Counted from the first letter of the stretch, positions 15,342 to 24,152 are shown. The stretch is 32,000 nt of DNA from an uncultured Bacilli bacterium (GCA_947629205.1 CANRCV010000005.1:24193-56192), one strand, 5' to 3'. Notes: generated by a model not told the origin, from the sequence alone. A program made the numbers and translations.

Positions 15342-16637
15342 ATGAATTCTTATAAAAAAGTACGATTATGCATATTACTAACCAGTATATTGCTTCCTAT
15401 TTTTTTTGTTGGTATTGTCATTGGTTTTCATAGTCATGAACTTATTTTAAAACCAATTCATTATATTTTCTTTATCCTCTTTTTTCTTTCTTTAACTTTA
15501 TTTGATGTAGGAATTATTTTAATTTTAAAAAAAAGAGTTCAAAAAAAAGAAAGTGATCGTTTCAGTATTGTTAAAAAAATTATACTTTCTATTTTTCTAT
15601 CTTTAGAAATTTTAGGAGCAACTACTTTTTTATTTTTAATGTATGGACCAATAAAAAGTTTTCGTGAATTTTTAATTTCTTCGGCGATGACTACGATGTC
15701 TCATCGTTATTTAGCTACTTGGTTTTATAGTGAAAAGGAAATTCAAAAAGTATTAGAGGAAAATAAAATTATTGAAATTGAAGAAGAAACAGATCCAGCT
15801 TTAATTGAATTTCGTAAAAATTTTAATCGTGATGAGTATGAAAATGAATATGAAAGAGAAATCTTTACTTTAGAAGATATCAATGCTCCTTATAAAATTA
15901 TTCCTATAGTAGGAAAAAATTATGAAGGATATATGGCAGTCGTGTATGATCCAGCCAGAGTAACGGTTGGAGTTACAAAGTATTTAAATCGATATGGCCA
16001 ATATGTTACGGAAATGGCTTCACAAGAAAATGCACTATTAGGAGTCAATGGGGGAGGTTTTTCCGATCCTAATAAAGTAGGAACAGGAGGAACACCAGAA
16101 GGCATTTTAATTAAAGATGGAAAAGTATTAGCAGATAAAAGTTTTTCTCGTTCTGGTGGTTTGATTGGTATTACGAATGATAATAAATTAATTTTAGGTA
16201 AAATGACAAGTAAAGAGGCTATAAATAGAGGAGTACGTGATGCGGTAACCTTTGGACCATTCTTAATTGTAAATGGTAAAAGATCCTTTATTAAAGGAAA
16301 TGGAGGATGGGGAAATGCTCCAAGAACAGCGATAGGACAAAGACAAGATGGTATTATTTTACTTTTAGTATTGGATGGGAGAAAAGCAACTGTTCCAGGA
16401 GCTACTATGTTAGATTTAACGAATGTAATGGCTAATTATGGTGCTTATAATGCAGCAAACTTAGATGGTGGTACATCAACTGTTATGGTTTTACCAGCGG
16501 AAGAGGCTAGTAAATATATTACAGAAAAGGAAATGAAGAGTCACTGTTTAAAGAACTATTGTTATATTAATGATATTGTCAATGGTAGTGGTGCTCATGT
16601 AACCAGACCAGTTGTAAGTTCTATTATTGTCAAATAA
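15342..16637 (+). CDS. phosphodiester glycosidase family (DUF2233/NAGPA-like) membrane protein
   Basis: N-terminal TM helices are followed by the motifs GVNGGGF ... PRTAIGQRQDG ... LVLDGR ... ANLDGGTST. Confidence 0.85.
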   Translation: MNSYKKVRLCILLTSILLPIFFVGIVIGFHSHELILKPIHYIFFILFFLSLTLFDVGIILILKKRVQKKESDRFSIVKKIILSIFLSLEILGATTFLFLMYGPIKSFREFLISSAMTTMSHRYLATWFYSEKEIQKVLEENKIIEIEEETDPALIEFRKNFNRDEYENEYEREIFTLEDINAPYKIIPIVGKNYEGYMAVVYDPARVTVGVTKYLNRYGQYVTEMASQENALLGVNGGGFSDPNKVGTGGTPEGILIKDGKVLADKSFSRSGGLIGITNDNKLILGKMTSKEAINRGVRDAVTFGPFLIVNGKRSFIKGNGGWGNAPRTAIGQRQDGIILLLVLDGRKATVPGATMLDLTNVMANYGAYNAANLDGGTSTVMVLPAEEASKYITEKEMKSHCLKNYCYINDIVNGSGAHVTRPVVSSIIVK

Positions 16638-16656
16638 AGTATTTTATGATAGACTA

Positions 16657-16685
16657 AAGGTGTTTATAAAAAAACACCTTATTTA
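16657..16685 (+). terminator. terminator-like hairpin
   Basis: A perfect 9-bp stem (aaggtgttt/aaacacctt) is present, but the trailing T-run is weak. Confidence 0.5.
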
Positions 16686-16686
16686 T

Positions 16687-16763
16687 GGCCTGTTGGTGAA
16701 GGGGTTTAACACGCCACCCTCTCAAGGTGGTATTCACGGGTTCGAAACCCGTACAGGCTACCA
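16687..16763 (+). tRNA. tRNA-Glu, anticodon CUC, CCA encoded
   Basis: A manual cloverleaf gives acceptor ggcctgt/acaggct (G1-U72), anticodon stem ccacc/ggtgg, loop c-t-CTC-a-a, and T arm acggg-ttcgaaa-cccgt. The sequence is near-colinear with the Bacillus tRNA-Glu sequence as I recall it. Confidence 0.85.
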
Positions 16764-16774
16764 ATGATGTTTAA

Positions 16775-16801
16775 AAATCTCTTGTTAAAAGGGATTTTTT
16801 A
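16775..16801 (+). terminator. intrinsic terminator after the tRNA
   Basis: The stem aaatctctt/aagggattt (one G-U pair) has a gtta loop and is followed by a T-run. Confidence 0.65.
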
Positions 16802-17259
16802 TTGTTTAATATTAGAAAATCAAATTATTTTTACATAGAAGGTGGATACATTTTTATTACACCTTCATAGGATAATAAAAATAGGTTATAAAATTCAAAA
16901 AAAGGTTAATTTAAGTTAGGAAATCCCGAATGGAAATCCCGTTTTAGAAAATAAAAGGAAAATGTATTAAATTTTATTGACAATAGGAACCCAATGATAT
17001 GATTTATACGGCTTGCAAACAGCCAATATAATAAGCCGTTTGCTAATAAGCCTATCATATCATTGCCTATAATCAATAAAATTGGTTTAAAAATAATTAA
17101 GAAAAACACTTTCGGGATATCCTAATTTAAATTTATACTTATTCGGGATTTCATTATTTTAATTAACAAAAATTCAAAAAAAGTAGAACTTTTTAATCCT
17201 CTATAGTATAATGAAATTGGGTGTATAGAAGAGGGATAAAAACGAAACAGGAGGTAAAT

Positions 17260-17757
17260 ATGGAAAAGGGAATTTTTGATGCGCGAGAATTAGCAAATTA
17301 TATAATTCAATATAGTAATACGAAATTTAAACAAGAAATTTCTCCTTTAAAATTACAAAAAGCATTGTATTTTTGTTTTGCTTACTGGGGAGGTTTTATG
17401 CATAATAGTAATTCTGTTCATTCTCATAAAGAAATTGATTTAGATTATAATGAATTTTTATTTGGAAATAAAATTGAAGCTTGGGTTTATGGACCTGTCA
17501 TACCAGATGTGTATCATGAAGAACATTTAGAATCTTTTAAAAAAGAAAATTTATTTAAAAATATGAACTATTTACAAGAATATATTAATAATGTTTTAGA
17601 TGATATTTTACTTGTTAACGATTTTAAACTAGTAGAAATTTCTCATGAAGATGAGTGTTGGAAAAAACACTTTAAAAAGAATCATTTTTTTCATAATATA
17701 GAAATACCAAAAGAGGATATTATTAAGGAATATGCCAAAAATATCAGTAACAGCTAG
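17260..17757 (+). CDS. Panacea/SocA (DUF4065) domain protein, candidate antitoxin
   Basis: The product has LKLQKALYFCFAYWGG ... AWVYGPVIPDVYHE. An AGGAGGTAAAT ribosome-binding site precedes the ATG at 17260. Confidence 0.8.
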   Translation: MEKGIFDARELANYIIQYSNTKFKQEISPLKLQKALYFCFAYWGGFMHNSNSVHSHKEIDLDYNEFLFGNKIEAWVYGPVIPDVYHEEHLESFKKENLFKNMNYLQEYINNVLDDILLVNDFKLVEISHEDECWKKHFKKNHFFHNIEIPKEDIIKEYAKNISNS

Positions 17758-18307
17758 AAAAAATCGTTTTGGAAATTATACTGATGAAACACATGAATAT
17801 GAAAATTTTACTTTTGAAGGTTCACTAAAATCATTTCAAGATGATTTGCTTTTTTTTACTAATTTTGTAAAGACGAAAAATAATCAAAGTTATTTATTAG
17901 TGGAAAAATATTTAAAGGATTGTAATCAAAAAAATTTTTCATTTTTAAAAAAAGATTTTTCACCACTTTTGGATATCAAATATACAGAACCTGCTGCCAA
18001 AAGACTTTTAGAAATCATGAATAAGGGTTATAATCATAATTTTAAACCGAAAGATTTACAACAAATATTTGAATTAAAACATAAGAATCAAGAAAAATTT
18101 CGTATTTTTATTTTTAATCATCATCAAATGTTACAAGTTATTTTAATTGATTTTTTTCATTTAGGTATAAATGCTGATAAAATTATTAATGGGCATAGAA
18201 AGAAAATTCATTTAAAAGATGCATATAACAAAGTAAAAGACAATCATTTTGATTTACAAGAATTAAGTTATTTAATTCCTAATCAATCTATGATAGAATA
18301 CCAATAG
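17732..18307 (+). CDS. hypothetical protein overlapping the DUF4065 gene by 26 nt (candidate toxin partner)
   Basis: This is a long ORF with host-like composition. The only in-frame ATG near its 5-prime end is 17732. The segment IFELKHKNQEKFRIFIFNHHQMLQVILIDFFH loosely resembles the RelE/ParE-type core motif. Confidence 0.6.
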   Translation: MPKISVTARKNRFGNYTDETHEYENFTFEGSLKSFQDDLLFFTNFVKTKNNQSYLLVEKYLKDCNQKNFSFLKKDFSPLLDIKYTEPAAKRLLEIMNKGYNHNFKPKDLQQIFELKHKNQEKFRIFIFNHHQMLQVILIDFFHLGINADKIINGHRKKIHLKDAYNKVKDNHFDLQELSYLIPNQSMIEYQ

Positions 18308-18316
18308 GTGAAGCAT

Positions 18317-19522
18317 ATGAAAAAGCATAAAAAAGTTATTGTAGGAATTCTTGTCTTTTGTGCTTTTTTATTGCTTACTTTTTTATTTATTTTTCTAGTA
18401 AACTTTAATTTAAAATTTTCTCTTATTGGAAATGACAAAATAGAATTAAACTATCAAAGTGAATATGAAGAATATGGTGTAGAAGCAAGTATTTTTAAAA
18501 AAGATATAACGGATAAAGTTAAAATAACCAATTTAATTCAAAATCAAGAATTAGGAACTTATCAAGTTGAATATAAATTAAATATTCTTGGTGTTTCTCA
18601 TACTTTGATTCGAATGGTCCAAATTGTTGATTATGAAAAACCTCAAATTACTTTAAAAGGTAAAGAAGAAATCACTTTAGTAGTAGGAGATGAATATCAA
18701 GAAGAAGGGGCAAGTGCTTTTGATAATGTTGATGGAGATATAAGTACGAAAATAGAAATTGAAAATCAAGTGGATACAAAAAAAGTTGGTGAATATCAAG
18801 TAATTTATAAAGTAAAAGATTCTTCGAATAATGAAAGTGTTGTTACTCGAAAAGTACTTGTTACTAAAAAAACACAAAATATTGATATTCATAATCCTAT
18901 GGTTAAATACATTGTTGATCATCATTATGATATTAGTTTTGGCTATTATAATTTAAAAACTAAAAAAAGTTATTTTTATAATGAAAATAAAGTATATTTT
19001 GCTGCTAGTTTAATTAAAATTGTAGAGACTTTATACTTATATGATCATGATATGGTAAATGCAGATACAAAACCATATATAGAAAAGATTATTACGCGTA
19101 GTGATAATCCCTCTCATCATTATTTACAAGCTTTAATTGGTCAAGATAATTTAAAAAAGTATGGTGCTAGTTTAGGAGCTAAGTATGTTTTATCTGGTGG
19201 TGGGGTTTGTGGAAATACAACCGTAAATGATGAAATGATTTTTTTAAAAAGATTATATGAAATTACCAAAGATGGTCAAAATGAAGAATTAAAATCATGG
19301 TTTATTAATGATTATGGAAATCATTTGACTTTTGATCCTTCTATTCCCGTTATGCATAAGTATGGGCTTTATAATCAAGTTTATCATGATATTGGAATTG
19401 TTTTAGATGATGATACACCTTATCTCGTAGTTATTTTAACAGGGATTCCAGATGGATACGCTCCCATAGTAGAAGAGTTATCTAAGATTATTTATGAATA
19501 TCATACAAGCTTAAAAAATTAA
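18317..19522 (+). CDS. membrane-anchored class A beta-lactamase-like serine hydrolase with Ig-like (DUF5011-type) domain
   Basis: It has a TM anchor and the Ig-like pattern GASAFDNVDGDIS...VGEYQVIYKVKDSSNN. Active-site motifs are SxxK (ASLIK), SDN (RSDNP) and a KTG-like KYG. Confidence 0.75.
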   Translation: MKKHKKVIVGILVFCAFLLLTFLFIFLVNFNLKFSLIGNDKIELNYQSEYEEYGVEASIFKKDITDKVKITNLIQNQELGTYQVEYKLNILGVSHTLIRMVQIVDYEKPQITLKGKEEITLVVGDEYQEEGASAFDNVDGDISTKIEIENQVDTKKVGEYQVIYKVKDSSNNESVVTRKVLVTKKTQNIDIHNPMVKYIVDHHYDISFGYYNLKTKKSYFYNENKVYFAASLIKIVETLYLYDHDMVNADTKPYIEKIITRSDNPSHHYLQALIGQDNLKKYGASLGAKYVLSGGGVCGNTTVNDEMIFLKRLYEITKDGQNEELKSWFINDYGNHLTFDPSIPVMHKYGLYNQVYHDIGIVLDDDTPYLVVILTGIPDGYAPIVEELSKIIYEYHTSLKN

Positions 19523-20184
19523 AGATTAATTAAGTGAGAAGAAGAACTATATTGGTCATATAAAAGAGTAATTCTTTTGCCTTTTATTTCAATAAAACCT
19601 TCTTCTTTTAAATGTTTTAATTCTCTAGACATAGCACAACGATCTACAGCTAGGTAATCCGCAAGATCAGTAAAATTATAAGGAAGATAAATAAATTTGG
19701 AACTATGTTTTTTACTCATTAAAGTAAAATATTCGAGTAATTTATTACGAATGGTTTTTTGAATCAATATTTCAATACGTTCATTTTTTTCTTGCATTTT
19801 TTCATTGGTAATTTCTAATAAATTTCTAATAAATTGTGTGTAGTATTCTTTATTAAAATCTTCCCACTGTAAAACATTATCATAACTAATTAAAATTAAA
19901 TCGGTATCTTCTTTGGTATAAAAATCATAATCATTCGAATTAGAAGAAAAAAGATTGGTTGTAAACGTTTCACCATCAAAAAATTCATCAATTAAAGTAC
20001 GATTGGCATTAGAATCCGTCTTAATAATTTGTATGTAGCCTTTCACAATATACCCGATACTATTATCTTTTTGAATCATTGAAAATAGAGAGGTATTTTT
20101 GGAAATGTGTAAAGGATGTGTCTCAAACATTTTTAATAATTTTTCTTCATTTTTAGGAAGAATGCCCGTAAATAAACTCTTCAT
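19519..20184 (-). CDS. Crp/Fnr-family transcriptional regulator
   Basis: A cNMP-binding-like N-terminal domain is joined to a C-terminal HTH (FTDLADYLAVDRCAMSRELKHLKEEGFI). An AGAGGTG ribosome-binding site is present. Confidence 0.85.
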   Translation of the reverse strand: MKSLFTGILPKNEEKLLKMFETHPLHISKNTSLFSMIQKDNSIGYIVKGYIQIIKTDSNANRTLIDEFFDGETFTTNLFSSNSNDYDFYTKEDTDLILISYDNVLQWEDFNKEYYTQFIRNLLEITNEKMQEKNERIEILIQKTIRNKLLEYFTLMSKKHSSKFIYLPYNFTDLADYLAVDRCAMSRELKHLKEEGFIEIKGKRITLLYDQYSSSSHLINL

Positions 20185-20220
20185 TTTACACCTCTTAAAT
20201 TTATTATATAAAAAAATGTA

Positions 20221-20242
20221 AAATGTTGCAAGTGCAACATTT
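20221..20242. promoter_or_regulatory. 9-4-9 perfect palindrome, candidate Crp/Fnr-type operator in the crp-like/nrdD divergent region
   Basis: The palindrome is aaatgttgc-aagt-gcaacattt. Its centre lies about 42 nt upstream of the start point predicted from an extended -10 (TGtTATACT, hexamer at 20262..20267). Confidence 0.4.
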
Positions 20243-20296
20243 AGTTTATTTTGAAAGGTGTTATACTTTGGTTAAGGTAGAGAAAGTGGGAGTGTT

Positions 20297-22459
20297 ATGA
20301 AAATAATTAAAAGAGACGGACATATGGTTGACTATAGTCCAGAAAAAATTGAAAATGCTATTTTAAAAGCAAATATGGAGGTAGAGGAAGAAGACCAAGC
20401 AAGTTCCACTCAAATACGTAATATTATTAAGTATATTGAAGGCTTGGGTAAAAAAAGAATGCTTGTAGAAGACATTCAAGATATTATTGAAAAAAAATTA
20501 ATGTCTATTGGAAAATATGAACTAGCAAAAAAATACATTACGTATCGTTATACAAGAGAATTAGTAAGAAAAAGTAATACGACGGATTTAGCTATAAAAG
20601 AATTAATTGATGGTGAAAATGAATATTGGAATACTGAAAATTCAAATAAAAATGCCAAAGTCGTGACAACCCAAAGAGATTATTTAGCGGGGATTACCAG
20701 TACCGATATTACAAGAAGATTTTTACTACCAGAAGATATCGTTCGAGCTCATGATGAAGGAATTATTCATTTCCATGATGCCGATTATTTTGCACAAAAT
20801 GCTTTACATAACTGTGATTTAATTGATTTAGAAGATATGTTACAAAATGGAACGAATATTAATGGGGTCATGATAGAAAAACCACATCGTTTCTTAACGG
20901 CGATGACCATTGCTACCCAATTAATTACTGCAGTGAACTCTAGTCAATATGGTGGATGTACGATTACTTTAACTCATTTAGCACCCTTTGTAAGAGATAG
21001 TTACAATAAATATTTAGAAAAATATAAAGCACGTAATTTTTCAAAAGAAGATTGTGAAAAATATGCCAAAGAAGATTTAGCAAGAGAAATAAAAGATGGT
21101 GTTCAAACCTTCCAATATCAAATTAACTCTATGACCACAACCAATGGGCAAGCACCATTCTTAAGTGTTTGTATGTATTTAGGAGAAACCGAAGAATATA
21201 AAGAAGAGCTTGCGATGGTTATTGAAGAGGTTTTAAAACAAAGAATTGAAGGAATGAAAAATGAAAAAGGTGTTTATATTACACCAGCATTTCCAAAACT
21301 TCTTTATGTACTTGAAGAAGACAATATTCATGAAGATAGTAAATATTGGTATTTAACAGAACTTGCTGCTAAGTGTACTGCCAAAAGAATGGTACCGGAT
21401 TATATTTCGGAAAAAGTTATGAAACAATTAAAAATTGATAAAAATGGTAATGGAAATTGCTACCCTTGTATGGGATGTAGAAGTTTCTTAACACCATATG
21501 TAGATGAAAATGGAAAACCAAAATACTATGGACGTTTCAACCAAGGGGTTGTTACCATTAACTTAGTGGATGTTGCTTTAACCAGTGATAAAGATAAAGA
21601 CCTATTTTGGAAAATCATGGATGAAAGACTAGAACTTTGCCACCGTGCTTTACAAGTACGTCATAAAAGACTTTCGAAAGCAACAAGTGATGTAGCACCA
21701 ATTCTATGGCAATATGGAGCCCTTGCTAGACTTAAAAAAGGAGAATCAATCCACGATTTATTACACCATGGTTATTCAACGATTTCTTTAGGGTATGCAG
21801 GACTTTATGAATGTGTTAAATTTATGACCGGACATAGTCATACGGATAATGGAGAAGGGAAAGAATTTGGTTTAGAGGTCATGCGTCATTTAAACGATGC
21901 TTGTAACAAATGGAAAGAAGAAGAAGACATCGATTACAGTGTTTATGGAACCCCTATTGAATCAACAACGTATAAATTTGCCAAAGCTTTAAGAGAACGT
22001 TTTGGAGTTATTAAAGGTATCACTGATCGTGATTATATTACGAATAGTTATCATGTACCTGTGTTTGAAGAAATCGATGCTTTCACCAAATTAAAATTAG
22101 AAAGTGAATTTCAAAAATTAAGTCCAGGTGGAGCTATTTCGTATATTGAAACACCAAACTTAACCAATAACTTAGATGCCGTTATTGAAGTCATTAAATT
22201 TATTTATGATAACATTATGTATGCAGAATTAAATACAAAGAGTGATTATTGTCATGAATGTGGTTATACGGGAGAAATTCTAATTGATGATAATTTAGAG
22301 TGGTATTGTCCAAACTGTGGAAATAGAGACCATGATAAAATGAATGTAGCAAGACGTACTTGTGGTTATATTGGAGCGAATTTCTGGAATAAAGGAAGAA
22401 CACAAGAAATTAAAGAAAGAGTTATTCATATTGATAATAAAGATTTAGAGGAAGCCTAA
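20297..22459 (+). CDS. nrdD: anaerobic ribonucleoside-triphosphate reductase
   Basis: It has an N-terminal ATP-cone (IIKRDGHMVDYSPEKI), a C-terminal zinc site (CHECGY...CPNCG) and the glycyl-radical motif RRTCGYIG. Confidence 0.95.
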   Translation: MKIIKRDGHMVDYSPEKIENAILKANMEVEEEDQASSTQIRNIIKYIEGLGKKRMLVEDIQDIIEKKLMSIGKYELAKKYITYRYTRELVRKSNTTDLAIKELIDGENEYWNTENSNKNAKVVTTQRDYLAGITSTDITRRFLLPEDIVRAHDEGIIHFHDADYFAQNALHNCDLIDLEDMLQNGTNINGVMIEKPHRFLTAMTIATQLITAVNSSQYGGCTITLTHLAPFVRDSYNKYLEKYKARNFSKEDCEKYAKEDLAREIKDGVQTFQYQINSMTTTNGQAPFLSVCMYLGETEEYKEELAMVIEEVLKQRIEGMKNEKGVYITPAFPKLLYVLEEDNIHEDSKYWYLTELAAKCTAKRMVPDYISEKVMKQLKIDKNGNGNCYPCMGCRSFLTPYVDENGKPKYYGRFNQGVVTINLVDVALTSDKDKDLFWKIMDERLELCHRALQVRHKRLSKATSDVAPILWQYGALARLKKGESIHDLLHHGYSTISLGYAGLYECVKFMTGHSHTDNGEGKEFGLEVMRHLNDACNKWKEEEDIDYSVYGTPIESTTYKFAKALRERFGVIKGITDRDYITNSYHVPVFEEIDAFTKLKLESEFQKLSPGGAISYIETPNLTNNLDAVIEVIKFIYDNIMYAELNTKSDYCHECGYTGEILIDDNLEWYCPNCGNRDHDKMNVARRTCGYIGANFWNKGRTQEIKERVIHIDNKDLEEA

Positions 22460-22968
22460 TGCGATATAATAAAATAAGAAAGATGGATATTTCTAATGGT
22501 CCAGGAGTACGCGTTTCTATCTTTATGCAAGGTTGTGCCTTTCATTGTAAAAATTGTTTTAATCCAGAAACACATGATTTTAATGGAGGAAAAGAGTTTA
22601 CAGAAGAAACAATTCATAAAGTTTTAGAACTTTGTAAAGAAGATTACATTGTAGGTTTATCCATACTTGGAGGAGAACCCATGCATCCTAGTAATATAGA
22701 AGGAACAACAAAACTTGCTCGTGCTTTTAAAGAAAAATATCCAGAAAAAACATTATGGGTATGGAGTGGTTTTCTATTTGATCGTGACTTAAAAGATAAA
22801 GATGTCTTAAAGTATGTAGATGTTTTAGTTGATGGACAATATGTAGATGAATTACATAATCCAACATTAGATTGGAGAGGTTCATCTAATCAAAGAGTGA
22901 TTGATGTAGCAAAAAGTTTAAAAGCCAATCAAGTTGTGTTATATGAAAAAGAACTTCAAACAATATGA
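22459..22968 (+). CDS. nrdG: anaerobic ribonucleotide reductase activating protein (radical SAM)
   Basis: It has the CxxxCxxC cluster (CAFHCKNC) and its start overlaps the nrdD stop. Confidence 0.9.
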   Translation: MRYNKIRKMDISNGPGVRVSIFMQGCAFHCKNCFNPETHDFNGGKEFTEETIHKVLELCKEDYIVGLSILGGEPMHPSNIEGTTKLARAFKEKYPEKTLWVWSGFLFDRDLKDKDVLKYVDVLVDGQYVDELHNPTLDWRGSSNQRVIDVAKSLKANQVVLYEKELQTI

Positions 22969-22979
22969 AGTTCTTTTTT
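22951..22979 (+). terminator. intrinsic terminator of nrdDG
   Basis: The 8-bp stem gaacttca/tgaagttc overlaps the stop codon and is followed by a T-run. Confidence 0.7.
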
Positions 22980-23050
22980 AAAAGAAATTTTTATGAATTT
23001 TTTAATTGTTAGAGTTGACTTTTTTCTTTCTAATATGATATAAGTGTATT

Positions 23051-23190
23051 GACAGATAATGCTGTTATCACTCGAGGCCGGTGGTAATCCACGCTGGTGG
23101 ACATTAATATCCAGCATTGTGACGCAGGCTGTCGTCCTATACAGTCCAGGTTTTAAAATGATAGTATAGTCCTTTGATAGGACTTTTTTT
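23051..23190 (+). ncRNA. unassigned structured RNA ending in an intrinsic terminator (cis-leader or sRNA)
   Basis: The promoter is TTGACT (23015..23020), 18 nt, then an extended -10 TGaTATAAG. A core richer in G+C than its surroundings contains several hairpins. The terminator is agtcct-ttgat-aggact plus a T-run (23168..23190). Confidence 0.4.
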
Positions 23191-23321
23191 AATTATGGAT
23201 AAAATATATTTGTCATAAGAGATTTTGTTAGAATAAAAAAACTAGAAAAATAATTTGAAATGTTCGTATAAACCAAAGAAAAAATATGATAGAATAAAAC
23301 CATAAGAAAAGAAGTGACTTT

Positions 23322-24152
23322 ATGGAAAAATTTCAAGAAATTGAAAGAAGTATTATTAAAACGTATCGTAAAGAAATTTGGAGTCGTTTTATTAAAGTGA
23401 TTAAAGATTATGAACTGATAGAAGAAAATGATAAAATTATGGTTTGTATTAGTGGGGGAAAAGATTCTTTTTTACTTGCTAAATGTATGCAAGAGTTAAA
23501 AAAACATGGTAAGATTCATTTTGATGTTCATTTTGTGGTTATGAATCCTGGTTACAACGAAGAAAATAAAAAACGTATTCTAAAAAATGCGAAACTTTTA
23601 AATGTTCCCATTGAACTATTTGAAACGGATATTTTTGATGTTGTAAGTTCCTTAACAGAAGGAAATCCTTGTTATTTGTGTGCTCGAATGCGTAGAGGAC
23701 ATCTTTATAACAAAGCGCAAGAATTAGGTTGTAATAAAATAGCTTTAGGACATCACTTTGATGATGTGATTGAAACAACTCTTCTTTCGATGTTTTATGG
23801 AGCTGAGGTTAAAACAATGTTACCAAAATTACATAGTGATAACTTTGAAGGTTTAGAACTGATTCGCCCTATGTATTTAGTAAAAGAAAGTGCTATTTTG
23901 TCTTGGGCAAAACATAATGATTTAAAATTTATTAATTGTGCTTGTCGTTTTACAGAAAATTGTTCTATAAATGATGATGGAACAAGTAAACGACTTGCCA
24001 TGAAAAAATTAATTAATACACTACGTCAAGAAGGAAAAGATATTGATGATAATATTTTTAAAAGTATGAGTAATATTAATTTAAATTGTGTTTTAGGATA
24101 TCGAGTAGAAAATGAAAAACACTCCTTTTTAGAGGAGTATCCTAAAAAATAA
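23322..24152 (+). CDS. PP-loop ATPase, TtcA-like tRNA thiolation family
   Basis: It has the PP-loop SGGKDS plus the Cys motifs CYLCARMRRG and CACRF. Confidence 0.8.
   Translation: MEKFQEIERSIIKTYRKEIWSRFIKVIKDYELIEENDKIMVCISGGKDSFLLAKCMQELKKHGKIHFDVHFVVMNPGYNEENKKRILKNAKLLNVPIELFETDIFDVVSSLTEGNPCYLCARMRRGHLYNKAQELGCNKIALGHHFDDVIETTLLSMFYGAEVKTMLPKLHSDNFEGLELIRPMYLVKESAILSWAKHNDLKFINCACRFTENCSINDDGTSKRLAMKKLINTLRQEGKDIDDNIFKSMSNINLNCVLGYRVENEKHSFLEEYPKK

Noticed and set aside
16906-17109. 67-aa minus-strand ORF in the spacer after the tRNA
   Set aside because: It has no ribosome-binding site, and its frame runs through the nested inverted repeats. It is more likely noncoding.
16764-18307. 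Genomic island integrated into the tRNA-Glu gene
   Set aside because: I found no downstream direct repeat of the tRNA 3-prime end, and there is no integrase in the segment.
23071-23090. T-box motif (ggtggtaatccacg) in the RNA upstream of the TtcA-like gene
   Set aside because: It is a simple gtgg-taat-ccac hairpin and not the conserved GGTGGTACCGCG sequence. There is no specifier-loop architecture. The true T-box is at 30435..30448.
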